From the human T2T-CHM13v2.0 reference genome, Homo sapiens: DNA of 64,000 nucleotides. The stretch is taken from NCBI RefSeq assembly GCF_009914755.1, contig NC_060931.1. The stretch is one strand, 5' to 3'. Positions 12,600-24,935 of the stretch are shown here, piece after piece; the first letter of the stretch is position 1; each line of letters starts with the position of its first letter. The position numbers and the translations under genes were made by a program. The notes under the pieces are model-generated. The model was not told where the DNA came from, ran no database searches, and saw nothing but the letters and a program-made list of their open reading frames with translations.

Positions 12600-14050
12600 A
12601 AGAAGGAAGAAGCAAGTGATATTTTCATAAAAGTATACTATTCACTCAGATAGAGGGTCTGGATCATGCTTTCTTGACATAAATGATGACACTGATATGG
12701 GGATAGTAGGGATGGTTTCAATTAGCTTGACATTTCCAGAAGTCAAATTCAGCCAAACTAGAATACTAGATAAGTTCTTGACTCATCTTTTGGGTGATTT
12801 TTCTTCTCCAGAGAGAAACACTTGGAGACTCAACATTTTGTGCATAATTCTGACCAAAAGGAAGAATTCATGGGAAAGTAAAAATTTATAATCTTTAAAG
12901 AATGTTATCATATCATATTGGAATTTACACAGCAAAGAAAGTAAACACTAGGCATAGCTAGATGTTTAGTTTTAAGAAAGTTAAATTTTTAGACATTTGG
13001 AGAAAATGTAGGTATGATCTCGTGAATAGAAACCTATCAAAGGGAGTGTAATTTATGATGAGGGGTGGGAGATTATACAATATAACATTTGAACTATAAA
13101 ATGCTAAGTAATTTTAACAAAAAATAATAGCAAACATTCAATGACAAGGTATATTCTAAAATGCGTGTGCACACACACACACACACACACACGCTATTCA
13201 CTTTCACCATAACCCAAGAAGTAGATATCATAATCTTCATTTTTACAAATTGGGAAACTGAGTCACAGGTAGAGTAAAATAACTCAAACAAGGACACACA
13301 GCTATTAAATGGTGAAGCCAAAATTTGAACCTATTTAGTATGCCTTCACAGCCTGTGCTTTTAACCACCACACTATTGTGTAGCATTCAGAGAACTCTCT
13401 GATGAGGTCACGTAGAAGAAGATGTATTTTAAAAATGAAAGAAAAGCCCTGCAGTCAATCACAGATGAGTGCATATAGCAAGCACACAAAATGTCCGGGG
13501 GGCCTGCAGATACAGTGTTGGAGACACTAAAGCCTAGAATGACTTAATGGTCATCAGAGATGTTAAGGACCACAAAATGCAGTGTGTGGCTATGTTTAGG
13601 CACAAAGAGAACATCAAACAGATAGGTCCACAGATTGGTGAAGTAGTGAATATAATGTTAAGAAAAAGCAGAACCACTCTAACCTCTCTTTTGTTTCTGT
13701 CTTATTTAGAAAGGGGCCTGCTCTTCAAATGTAAGGATAAGACAAGTTGTGATAAGAAACAGCTGTGAGGAAAGCGTCAGATGGCATCTGGCTTCTTTAG
13801 AGTAGAACTTAAACAGATCAAATCCAAGGGTGTTAAGGAAATTTGCTGAATTTGAGAAATTGTGGAGCATGTAAAAGGTGACAGAATACCCAGATTACAG
13901 CAGATATTCCTATTCTCAAAACAGAGTGAAGAAGAAATTCTAGAAACTACAGATTAATGTTAGATAGTGAACCAATATGATAGTTAGCACAGGAAAAGAA
14001 TATGATGAGTGCCAGGAGCCAACATGGTTCACAAGAGGGAGAAAAACTAT
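12600..14050 (+). mobile_element. Ancient L3/CR1 LINE ORF2 relic, interrupted by a MIR
   Basis: Degenerate CR1 peptide motifs occur in order: DKFLTHL..NILCIILT (endonuclease), EKAEPL..FVSVL, NPRVLRKFAE (cf. HPRVLKELAD) and SQHG (cf. SQHGF). Confidence 0.65.
13090..13380 (-). mobile_element. MIR containing a (CA)n tract at ~13170-13192
   Basis: ttttacaaattgggaaactgagtcacag...aaggacacacagcta...ttttaaccaccacact. Confidence 0.8.
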
Positions 14051-15059
14051 CATAGGTGCCCAAGGACTACTGAAAGAAAATGAACAGGCCTTACCATGGA
14101 AGAAACACGGGCACTATGCATATGTCCTTGTAGTTACCAGTCAGAGACCAAGTCTTGCCACAGTCTCAAATACCTTTGTTTGGTTTACAAATTGGTATGA
14201 ATATGTATTTTTTTAACTTAGCTCTTATGTCCTAACAAATCAAGGTTTACCAGTATCAGCCCACTGTTTCTCTGAAAATCAAATTTGACTTAATCCAGCA
14301 AGGGAACATGCAAAACTTTAAGTTTCACTTTTTAAAAGTGAATGTTCTGATGAATGAGCCTTAGAACAAAGAGAGCTAAGCTTTTCTGCCTTGATAGGTG
14401 GTTCCTTCTCAATTTCATACCTTTAACCTAATTGCCAAAGGCTTGCTTGAGGCTTGGTGGTCTAACCTGTGGAGCCCAGAAATTGTAACACACTGAGTGT
14501 GCTCATGGGCATGGACTTTGTTTGGAAGATACATTCAGTCTTAAGCTGAAGCTTTTACAGAATAATTGAAAGCAGCTCCAAATTGAGTGACCTTGCTAAG
14601 AAGTCTGTTTTGGTGGGGTCTACATCTTTAACCTGGGATTCTAGAAAATAGTAGAGAAACCCATGGCATACTTTTCTAAAAAGTTAAAAAGTAAAATAGT
14701 CCTGTGAAACATTTTCTGAAAGGAATGTTGAATCTTCTTTGCAAGGGCATCTTGTGTGTGTTATTGAGAATAAGAGCAATTCATAATGTGTTCAGTATTC
14801 ACTAAATCCAAAAAAAAAGATACTAGAGTTTATATAGCAAAAATAATGAAGAGAAAGGAGAAAGCAAATCACTTGCTTCCAAATAAATATTATTTATATA
14901 GATTGTCCTCCCACTCGTCCTCAGCCTATAGGAACGGTGCCATAATTTGAATGTTTGACTTCTATCCCTGCCTTGGCTCACAGCTAGAGAGTGGAGTGCA
15001 GTAGGAACTTGTTTGCTGTGACCAAATCTTTCCTTTTCAAAGATAGTGGTTTGCGAGCA

Positions 15060-15197
15060 GCTGGTTTTTTGTTTGCTTTGGGTTGGTTTGTTTTGTTGTG
15101 GTGGTTTATTTGTTTGTTTTTGTGTGTGTGGTTTTTTGTTTGAGTTGGTTTTGTTGTTTGTTTTGTGTGTGTGTGTGTGTGTGTGTTTGTTTGTTTT
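15060..15197. repeat. G/T-rich low-complexity tract ending in (TG)11
   Basis: Read directly; (TG)11 at 15164-15185. Confidence 0.9.
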
Positions 15198-15322
15198 AGC
15201 AGCAGAACCCTTTCTTCTAGCAGAATTTTACTGTAAAGTCTGAATTGGGTAACAAATCAAAGTGGAGCCTCTCTGACTAAGGAAGCAGGGAAGGCAAGAT
15301 GGAGAGAATGGAGACTGAAAAA

Positions 15323-15743
15323 TGTTAAATTGAATTAAGTTTGGCCCAAAGCTGCCTCTGTACATGTTTTAAGTTTGACCAAAAGGTTTCTTTGTACATA
15401 GTGAACTGTAACCTAACTTGATGTGCAAACAGACTAGAACTTACTCTTGTAACAGGTAGCTGAGTCTCAGCCAGTCACAGCAGCCAAGCTTCAGTCAGTG
15501 ATAGGCAGCCAACTCTTCAACCCAGGTTCAAATGAGGCAAACACTGAGCTTTAACCAAGTATGCATCCTTTGTACATCCCTCCCGTTACATGTCACTTCC
15601 TTTTCTCTGGCTATAAATATAATCTACACATGTGGTAGAGCAGAGCATTCTGAACCATTTTTGGTCTGGGCTGCTGCACTATTCTAGAATCACAAATAAA
15701 AGCCAGTTGAGATCTACGTTTGTTGTAATTTGGTCTTTTAACA
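15323..15743 (+). mobile_element. ERV1 solo LTR, MER57-like
   Basis: TG...CA termini (tgttaaattgaattaagtttggcccaaagctgcc ... cttttaaca), TATAAA at ~15612 and AATAAA at ~15695. Confidence 0.8.
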
Positions 15744-15919
15744 GAGATTAGGAACTCTGCAGGGCACTTTCCAAAAATCCTTGCCTTAGAGGTTGCAGCA
15801 TTGCATTAAAGGTAGCCCAGAGATCCTTGGTGACCCTTCATCTCACTACTTCCTGGTCCAGTCTTCTCTGAGATTTAAAGTGCCATAGTTCAAAAATGTC
15901 TCAGGAGTAGAAGGTTACA

Positions 15920-16380
15920 TTCATTCATCAAGGCTCAGTTGGGAGAACAGAAGCCATTTTAGGTATTTCAAGCAAGAAGGAATTTAATGTAGGGAATACG
16001 ATGTTTTAGAAATTGCTGAAAGGGCTTAGACAGCCGTTGGAAGGATACAAAAAGCAAGGAATCTAGCTGCTGCCTTTCAGGATAATCAGGAAATGCAGCC
16101 GGGGATTTCACCTTCCTGCTGCGAGGAAGCAGCTGTCTGCAGGAGCTCTTCTGGAAGCTGCTGCAAGCTTCTGATTTGCCAGCTGCCTGAGCATCTTTCT
16201 GCCACTGTAAGAAGAGAATCCTGCCTTCCCTTTCTTTTTGCTTTACACAGCTTTTGGGAGTACATCTCAATGGCAGAATCCAAACCCAAAACCCCTACTG
16301 GCAAGAAGTTGTAGATGTTCCTATGCTTCCAGGAAAGTGGCTAGAGGTGACACTGAGTTGACAACAGACAAAGCACAAGG
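15920..16380. mobile_element. Ancient LTR (LTR78-like)
   Basis: aacagaagccattttaggtatttcaagcaagaaggaatttaatgtagggaat resembles the terminus of this old LTR group. Confidence 0.5.
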
Positions 16381-16924
16381 GTATGTTCCCATTTCACTCT
16401 GTACAGTAAATTTAGTCTAGAGTAATAGGAAGGTGAACGTATTTCCAAGAAAGCAGATAAAATAACAAGTCTCCTGTGGTAGTAAATATAAAAAGCATCT
16501 TTCCAAAATAATCCTGATTCAGCTGTTTTAAGCCTTAGTGGAAAACCTGATTTGTCAGTGTTTTTATGTATATATTAAAATAATTTATAATCCAATTTCT
16601 GTCTCTTCAGGTGAATATAACACAATTTCTATCATTTGAGGTCAAAACTTCATAGGTATCATAATGGCTGTTTAGATTCAGAATCATTACTGTCTTACCT
16701 TTACCACCAGGTAAAGGTAATCACACTTGAGTGTGATTACACTCAAGTAATCTTCTTCCCTTCTCATAGTGCCTCTTTGGTAGAAAGGAAATAAACGGCG
16801 GTCAGGAAATAAATGCTGACTCCAGGCCCTGTTTGAGTAAGGCAGACATGATCTCTCAATCACATGAACAATTTACAGGCTTTGGTGAATATTCTTTGAA
16901 TTCCTAAAATAACCCCTAAGTTGC

Positions 16925-17241
<317 letters not shown>

Positions 17242-17774
17242 TTAAAGAACCTAGCTTGGCAGACATCCTTTCCTTGGAAAGGGAGATGCCTGTCATTCTT
17301 CAAAATAATGTTAAAAACACTGATTTATCTCCTCCCACGCTGCTCCTCAACATCATTCCTGGCTTTCCTACCAATCTACCACCTACCTCATGCCTGAAGG
17401 CCATCTCTACCACTGAACTGGCGACTGGAGAAAGGCATTCTCCCCTTTTTATGTATGAAAAGATAAAATTTGAACCTGCCCTCTGCCTTAATCCCTTTTC
17501 TCTCCTGCGTATTTTCACTAATTTAAACATTGCCAGAATCCTGTGCTGTTCTCATACTTCTATGATTCCTTATTTTAAGTTCAAAATGTCATGATCTTAC
17601 CCAGTGTGTATGTTTAATGGATTAATGTATCATTTTCTTTCTGGCCATTAGCCACATGAACAACTAGGCCCACAGCTGTCAGATTTCTTGCAAGGTTTTT
17701 CGAGGAGTGAGAGGATGAGTCTAGGAATCTCACTCTTCCAGGATCCTCACCAGGGGGTTCAATAAAGATCACTT

Positions 17775-17960
17775 CAATGTGCTGAGCACTTACTGTGTGC
17801 CGAAGGTTGTTCTAAATGCTTCATGTGTTTTATATCATTGAATCCTTACAATGACCCTTTGAGGCTGAAAATGTAGTCACTTCAATAAACAGGTTTAACG
17901 ATTTCCCCAAGGTTATCCAGTTAGTAAGTGGTTGAATCATAATGTAACTACTACTTTCTG
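17775..17960 (-). mobile_element. MIR
   Basis: tgagcacttactgtgtgcc...aatccttacaatgaccctttgagg...cccaaggttatccagttagtaagtgg. Confidence 0.7.
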
Positions 17961-18818
17961 GGCCAATCAAAAAGAAATGGTTGTCAATCCAAAAGAAGTG
18001 TTGTATGTAAGAATTTGGTTCTTAGTTAATAGGAGAATACTCATATCCTTTTACTTAGCGAAAAATATTTAGATTTTGAAGTAATATCCTGAAATTGTGT
18101 AGTCAACTGATAGAGATGATTGCTTCTCCATGTAGCTTACTCTCAACTGGCATAAACACAGATTGATTATTAATCTTTTACTTTTTAAAAATTGATTCTG
18201 GAAGCATCTATATGAACTGTTAATTCTAGGGATTATGTGGCAAAACTGGAATGGATGTGTGAATAGTATTCATGTGTTACTAACGTATAAAGACAGAAAT
18301 ATAGTCATATATTATTAACCTTCACAAAGCATTAGTCAATATGTGTATCACACCACCTCATCAATCAGCCTGCACAGGGACTGTCTGACACCAGACAGAT
18401 TAAAGGGGAGGTACTTAACTATTATCTTCACCCCATGCTGAGAGGTGGCCACACTTGTCCTCACTGAGTAGAAATTGTCTTAGCAAGATTTACACCTGCA
18501 AAGTCTGTACCATGTGTCAACTAGTTAATTCTCTGTTTTTTACTTCTAACATGCTTCAGAGGAGCCCCCACCAGTTACACAGCTACTCATGGTGATGATC
18601 TGTGTACTTGGTGGCAGGGTCAGCTTCTTCTTCCAGATAAATCAGTTGTCCAGATGTTATCCACATGGCAGTCAGAGTGGCCATGGCTTCTAAGATTCTG
18701 CCTATTTTCCTCTGCAGTCTCGATGGCTCTCAGATTTTGCGATCAAATGTATAAAGCTAGTGTCATTGTTTCAGTGCCCACATAAAACTGTAGATGGAGT
18801 GAAAAATACTGGGTTTTT

Positions 18819-19680
18819 AATTTACAAGAAAATACAACCCCATAAAAAAGTGGGCAAAGGACATGAACAGATATTTTTTTAAAGAAGACATACATGCAGG
18901 CAACAAGAAAAAAAAGCTAAAAGTCAGTGATCTTTAGAGCAATGCAAATGAAAACCACAATGAGATACCATCTCACACCAGTCAGAATAGCTATTATTAA
19001 AAAGTCAGAAAAATAACAAATGCTGGTAAGGTTGTGGAAAAAAGGGAACACTTATACCCTCTTGGTGGGAGTGTAAATTAGTTCAACCATTGTGAAAAAC
19101 AGGTGGCGATTCCTCAAAGGGCTAAAAACAGAACTACCGTTCTACCCAGCAATCCCATTACTGGGTATATGCCCAAAGGAATATAAATAGTTCTACTATA
19201 AAGACATATATATGTATGCAAATGTTGACTGCAGCACTGTTCACAATAGCAAAGACATGGAATCAACCTAAATGCCCATCAATGGCAGATTGGATAAAGA
19301 AAATGTGGTCCATATATACCATGGTAGACCATGCAGCCATAAAGAAGAACAAGATCATGTCTTTTGATGGAACATGGATGGATCTGCAGGCCATTATCTT
19401 TAGCAAAGTAATGCAGGAACAGAAAACCAAATACCACACGTTCTTACTTATGAGTGGGAGCTAAATGATGAGACCTCATGGACACAGAAGGGAACAACAG
19501 ACTCTGGGCCCTACTTGACGGTGAGAGGAGGGAGAGGATCAGAAAAAATAACTACTGGGTATTAGGCCTATGCCTGGGTGACAAGATAATCTGTACAACA
19601 AACCCCCATGATGCAAATTTACCTATATAACAAACTTACACAGGTACCCCTCAGCCTAAAATAAAGGTTTAAATTAAAAA
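18819..19680 (+). mobile_element. 5'-truncated L1 (L1PA13-16-like 3' end)
   Basis: ORF2 C-terminal peptide ([14 protein letters not shown]) and 3'UTR. TSD aaa(a/g)atactgggttttt at 18802-18818 and 19988-20004. Confidence 0.88.
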
Positions 19681-19686
19681 GATACG

Positions 19687-20009
<323 letters not shown>

Positions 20010-20039
20010 TTATTCAACACCTTTATTGAGGAGGAGGAG

Positions 20040-20260
20040 GAATTGCCATGTATTAGCAATTGTGTGTCAAACGCTGTTCTAAGCCTTTATATAGTTTCTC
20101 ATTTAATCATCAGAATCCTATGGGTCAGATAGGATGATCCTCCTTTCACAAGTGGCAAATCTGTTACAGAGAACTTCTTCCAAATAGTATAATATATGAG
20201 AAAGTCGGAAATATGAACTCAGGTCAGTCCGCCTCCAAAGGACCACCTTCCTGTTCACTA
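20040..20260 (-). mobile_element. MIR
   Basis: tctcatttaatcatcagaatcctatg...atatgaactcaggtcagtc. Confidence 0.55.
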
Positions 20261-20351
20261 TACTTGGTACTTACCTGCTGGTTTCAGAAAACACATTATG
20301 TGTTAGGGATACAAAGATAAAAGTGAGGTTGTACCTGCTATTGCTTAAGAG

Positions 20352-20738
20352 GTATGATAGTCTGTTCTTGCACTACTATAAAGAAATACCTGAGACTGAG
20401 TAATTTGTAAGAAAACAGATTTAATTGGCTCATGTTTCTGCAGGCTATACAGAAAGGACAGTGCTAGCATCTGCTTCTGGGGAGGCCTCAGGAAGCTTCC
20501 AGTCATAGCAGAAGGAAAAGGGGAGCAGGCATCTCACATGGCAGGAGCAAGAGGCTGGATATTCACACGCTTTAAACAACCAGATCTTGCAAGAACTCAC
20601 TCACTATTGTGAGGATGGCACCAAGCCCTAAGGGATCCTCCCCCATGACCCAAACACCTCCCACTAGGCCCCACCTCCAACATTGGGAATTACATTTCAA
20701 CATGAGGTTTAGAGAGGACACCTTTCCAAACTATATCA
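20352..20738 (-). mobile_element. MaLR solo LTR, MSTA/MSTB-like
   Basis: ctataaagaaatacctgagactg...ggggaggcctcaggaagcttcc...ccaaactatatca. Confidence 0.88.
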
Positions 20739-22707
20739 AGAAGGTAATGAGTATTTCAACTTAGATCCAAATTTATGAGTGATGCAGCTGCCTCAGAAAG
20801 AAACCCATGAAATAAAGCAACTGGAAAAAGTTAAGTTGAAGAGGAACTCCATATGGGACTTCCAATTCAACTGCTTTAGTTCTATTTCCGCTTACTTGCT
20901 GTGTCATATTGGGAAGTATGCTTTATTTCTGTTTGGTTCAGTTTCACCAATTTTAAATTGTCCTAATGTTTCCAATTTACCCAGTGAATAAGCCGTTCCC
21001 TAAGGCTCTTTGGAAGATTTACATATACTTAAGCTAGAAGGATCCTGTTTGAACACATAGACAAATGTTACCTCTCTGCCATGTAATATTTTTGCCTCTA
21101 AAATTCTGCTAAGCTTAAATCTGTGTCCCTTATTCATCCAAAATACCTTGTTAAGTATTGGTTAACACTTTTAGATGCTCTTTGATGCAGGGTTTTACAG
21201 AAATACAAAAGGCTTACAAAAGTCCATGGAAATCTAATACAGCACCACAATACTGCTTTTCAACAGAAGAACAGGAGCTGTTCATTAGCCCCCACTCCCC
21301 TACCCACCCTGTTTCTCTTTCATATCCGGCAGGAGCTGAATTGGCCACACCATATGCTTTTTTAGCAAATGATGAGTTTTTTTACCAAGCCTTAGGGAGG
21401 ATTATTTGGAATAAAGGAAAAATCAATCGTAATGTTTCTCCCCAGGACTGAAAGACACTGAAGTCTGTACTATCAATCACAAGGTATAAAAAACATGTGT
21501 CTAGGCTGGTTTGCACTGTATGCAGATAGGACCCCAAAGCTAAACGTCCTTGGGGACCTAGGGCTTGCTCAGACTTGTTACCATCAAGCACTGTTTCCTG
21601 AGTAACCAGATGCAATTTTCTCTCTGCAGAGCTGTGCAGTGTGTAGTGTGTACTCTTGGCTCACGACTGGCCTCTTATCCTGTGGTAGCCTAAGGGAACG
21701 ACTATCCATTTCTACTTTGGCTGTTATTTTTGTTTTGCTCATCAGAATGAGCCTTCCATGAATCTCCTTTGTTCTTTCTATATAGTTTGATATTTGGAAC
21801 AATTCTTCCATTTCAGACGCTCATATCCTTCCTGGAGCTTTAGTTTCTTACCCTGAAACAGAATAATGTTCCAGGTGAATGAACTATTTGGAAGACATTA
21901 AGTTAAAGGCATTGTGAAAATATAATGAAAAAAATGGTTATAAAACTCTTTGATTTGTCCTTAACTTGAAGATAAAATTCAACAAACATTATCAGCAGTC
22001 TACTGAGAGTAAGGAAGAGCTATACACTGAGAGATGCCAGGAAGAAGTAGTTATTGTTTTTGTTATCACAGATCTCACAATCCACTAGGAATGCTGTGGG
22101 CAAATACAGTGCAAGATGAAATGTGCTAAGTCCGTAGGAGAGAGGCAGAGTGTTACCAGGGCTCGAAGGATGGCCCTTAGCTTTGTTGCAGGCACAGTGC
22201 AAGGTGCCACATCTCCCATTTGGTCCTCACAACAACTCCCTAAGTTGTGTATTTGAGGAAAACGAGACTTAGAGTTGTTAAGAAATTTGTTCTAGAGGTA
22301 ATAAAAAGTGGAAGAATAAATTATATTCCTCTGGGAAGCAGCAGGAGAAAGTATGGTTTCATAGAGATGAAAACGTCTCTTAAGCAGCAGAGTTTGGTTT
22401 TTACTCTTTTTTGGGAGGCTCATAATAGTATATTCTCAAGCGAATGTTGAGACATCTAAGACATTAAGCTGGGCAGTGAATGGAACAGGTATATCTTTTC
22501 TTCCCCCAAGAGTTAATGTTTGTAGTTAGGGTAATATAAGATATTTCGGAGGAAGCATTCTAAGAAACACTAAAAAGTTATATTGTCCATAGTCTTATGA
22601 CCAGTGGTTGGGGGAAGGTGTAACACATGATCATGTAAATAACAAATGGTACCGCATAAAAGAAAGTAGGTCTCTGCCTCCTATACCCAAATATAAAACA
22701 TCCCCTC

Positions 22708-23165
22708 TGTGAAAGTTCATTATACAAATTGGGTCATTCTTGTCATCCCCAACTGAATCAAACTCAAGAGGCCACAGGTAAAATCACTCTGTGTACATTA
22801 CACCTGCTCCAAGAATTAAATGTTCCACAAGCCCAGCTGCTGAAATGGCCTGCTGTAACTCTAAGACCAGTTTTACCTAGAAGCTGCTTAAACAACCTGC
22901 TGTGACTCTAAGATTGCTTTTATCTACCACCATCACTCCCAGTCAGAGCTTGACAGCTACCAGAAGCTCCTCTAGGGCCAATGAGCTTTCTTTTAAACAA
23001 TATGTAATATTTGTCTTTCTCGTAAGACTCTTAACCTTCTCTTTGTTCTTTGGACATGTCACAAACCACCCATTCTCTGTGTATGCCCCAAATTGCAATT
23101 CTTACTTTCCAAATAAAATACTTTAAATTTAGACATTCATCTCTATATTTTGTCTGACTTCAACA
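22708..23165 (+). mobile_element. Solo LTR, LTR47-like
   Basis: TG...CA termini, 4-bp TSD cctc (22704-22707 and 23166-23169), AATAAA at ~23112, and tacaaattgggtcattcttgtcat near the start. Confidence 0.8.
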
Positions 23166-24593
23166 CCTCCATATTCAGGAAGCATTTTTTAAATATAAAT
23201 ATATTACCAATTATGTGACTAGACCATAGAACAGCACATATAATTAAGACACCTTCTCCCGATCCTCCAGTTCCCTCATTCTTATCCCTTTTTTCCTTCC
23301 TGATAATTTCTTCCACTTTTCTCCATCCCAGTTCTTAATAAATCCCTTTCATCTCTCTTCTTCTTCTGTAAAAGTGGGCAAAAGAGAGAGAGCAGTGAAA
23401 AGGCAGGGAATGATTGCTCCGTTATTGAGATGTAAAAGGATTCATTGGTTGGATGTTGTGCTTCAGAGCGTAGGCTTTATTTCCACATCTGGCTATACAC
23501 ATGTGTATGCATGCATAGGACCTAATCTGACTAATGTGCATTATGTCCCCATCCTTTGCAATCAGAATATCAATGAGCATGGTGGTTTTCAAAATTAATT
23601 GATTTTGCTATTAATAGTTCAAACCTAAAATTTCTGGGATCTGTGAAAAGAGGTAGTTATTACTTGGAGGCAGAAGAACTATTGCTTCTGAAATAGGAAG
23701 CAAAATGAAGAGAGCTTTCCAAATGTGTTTCTTAGATAAGGCCCATCCTTATGTAGAAACATAGCAAAAGAACTTAAAACTAGATTATAGATGGTTTGGA
23801 AGATGGGAAAGAACAAGTAAATACATGAATTGCTAGTAGTGGCAGAAGCCAAGTACTGTTGGGAAAAGAGTAGTAGCTTTGGAAAAAGGGACTCAGGAAA
23901 AGAGTGATCAAAAATAGTTACTATGAAATTTTAGTTTGGCGTAATGACTTAGTTCAAGAAGAAAGGACATCTCTATTCCAAGAAAGTTCAAATCAAATGT
24001 TAATAAGCTGGTATGTACTTTAGCATGTGAAGATCACCCCTCTGTTCCAAAAACCGGTAGGCTTCATAAATAAATAATTTATTTCTTAAACATGTATTTA
24101 GTGCCTACAGTGTACAAAGCACTGGGGTAAGGAAAGATTAGTTTGTACAGGTTTGCAAATAATTCAAGGCAATAAATAAAATGTAGGGACAGTAGTACAG
24201 AGAAATTATGAAGACTGGGGGTAGAATTAGCTGGCATTAAAGCTCCAGCTTGGAACTGGAGTATTATGGTGTCTGACACTCAACTGTGATCCCAGTGTTA
24301 GGCTTGATAGCAGCATATCCCTTAGGCATTTAAGGAGAGGAAAGAAGTTAGATGGAGGGGCTCCTGTCACTGTCCCCACTGACTTTGTAGGCCTCGTGAA
24401 TCCTTAATATCACAGACCTAATGAGCATTCCTATTTTTATTTTTTTTTAAGTATTTAGTTTTGTCCAGGCAACAACATCAAAGGATTTCAGAGTTGTCTT
24501 AAGACCTGGTAACATATTGCTATAGAAGTTAGGAAGGTACTATTAATAGTTTTCTAAATAGGAAAACTGAAGATTAAAAATTAAATATTTTGG

Positions 24594-24797
24594 GGCTGGG
24601 CAAGGTTCCTCACGCCTGTAATCCCAGCACTTTGGGAAGCTGAGGTGAGAAAATCATTTGACCCCAAGAGTTTGAGACCAGCGTAGGCAACATAGCGAGA
24701 CCCTTTCTGTACAAAAGAATTAAAAAATTAGCCAGGCGTGGTGGTGCTCACCTGTAATCCCAGCTACTTGGAGATGAGGTGGGAGGATTGCTGTCTT
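24594..24797 (+). mobile_element. AluJ with internally deleted right arm
   Basis: The left arm is complete; the right arm jumps from ggaggattgct to gtct plus tail. Confidence 0.85.
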
Positions 24798-24935
24798 AGA
24801 AAGAAAGAAAAAGAGAGAGAAAGAAAAGAAGGAAGGGAGGAAGGGAGAAAAGAGATGGAAGGAGGGAAGGAATGAAGGAAGGAGAGAAAGGAGGGAAGCG
24901 GGGAGGGAGAGAAGAAGGAAGAGGAAAGGAAAGAA
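24798..24935. repeat. GA-rich polypurine low-complexity tract (expanded Alu tail)
   Basis: ~138 nt almost entirely A/G. Confidence 0.9.

Noticed and set aside
17702-17738. Short inverted repeat gagtgaga...tctcactc; similarly tggccacag/ctgtggcca at 55928-55951
   Set aside because: Isolated 8-9 bp stems are expected by chance in 64 kb.
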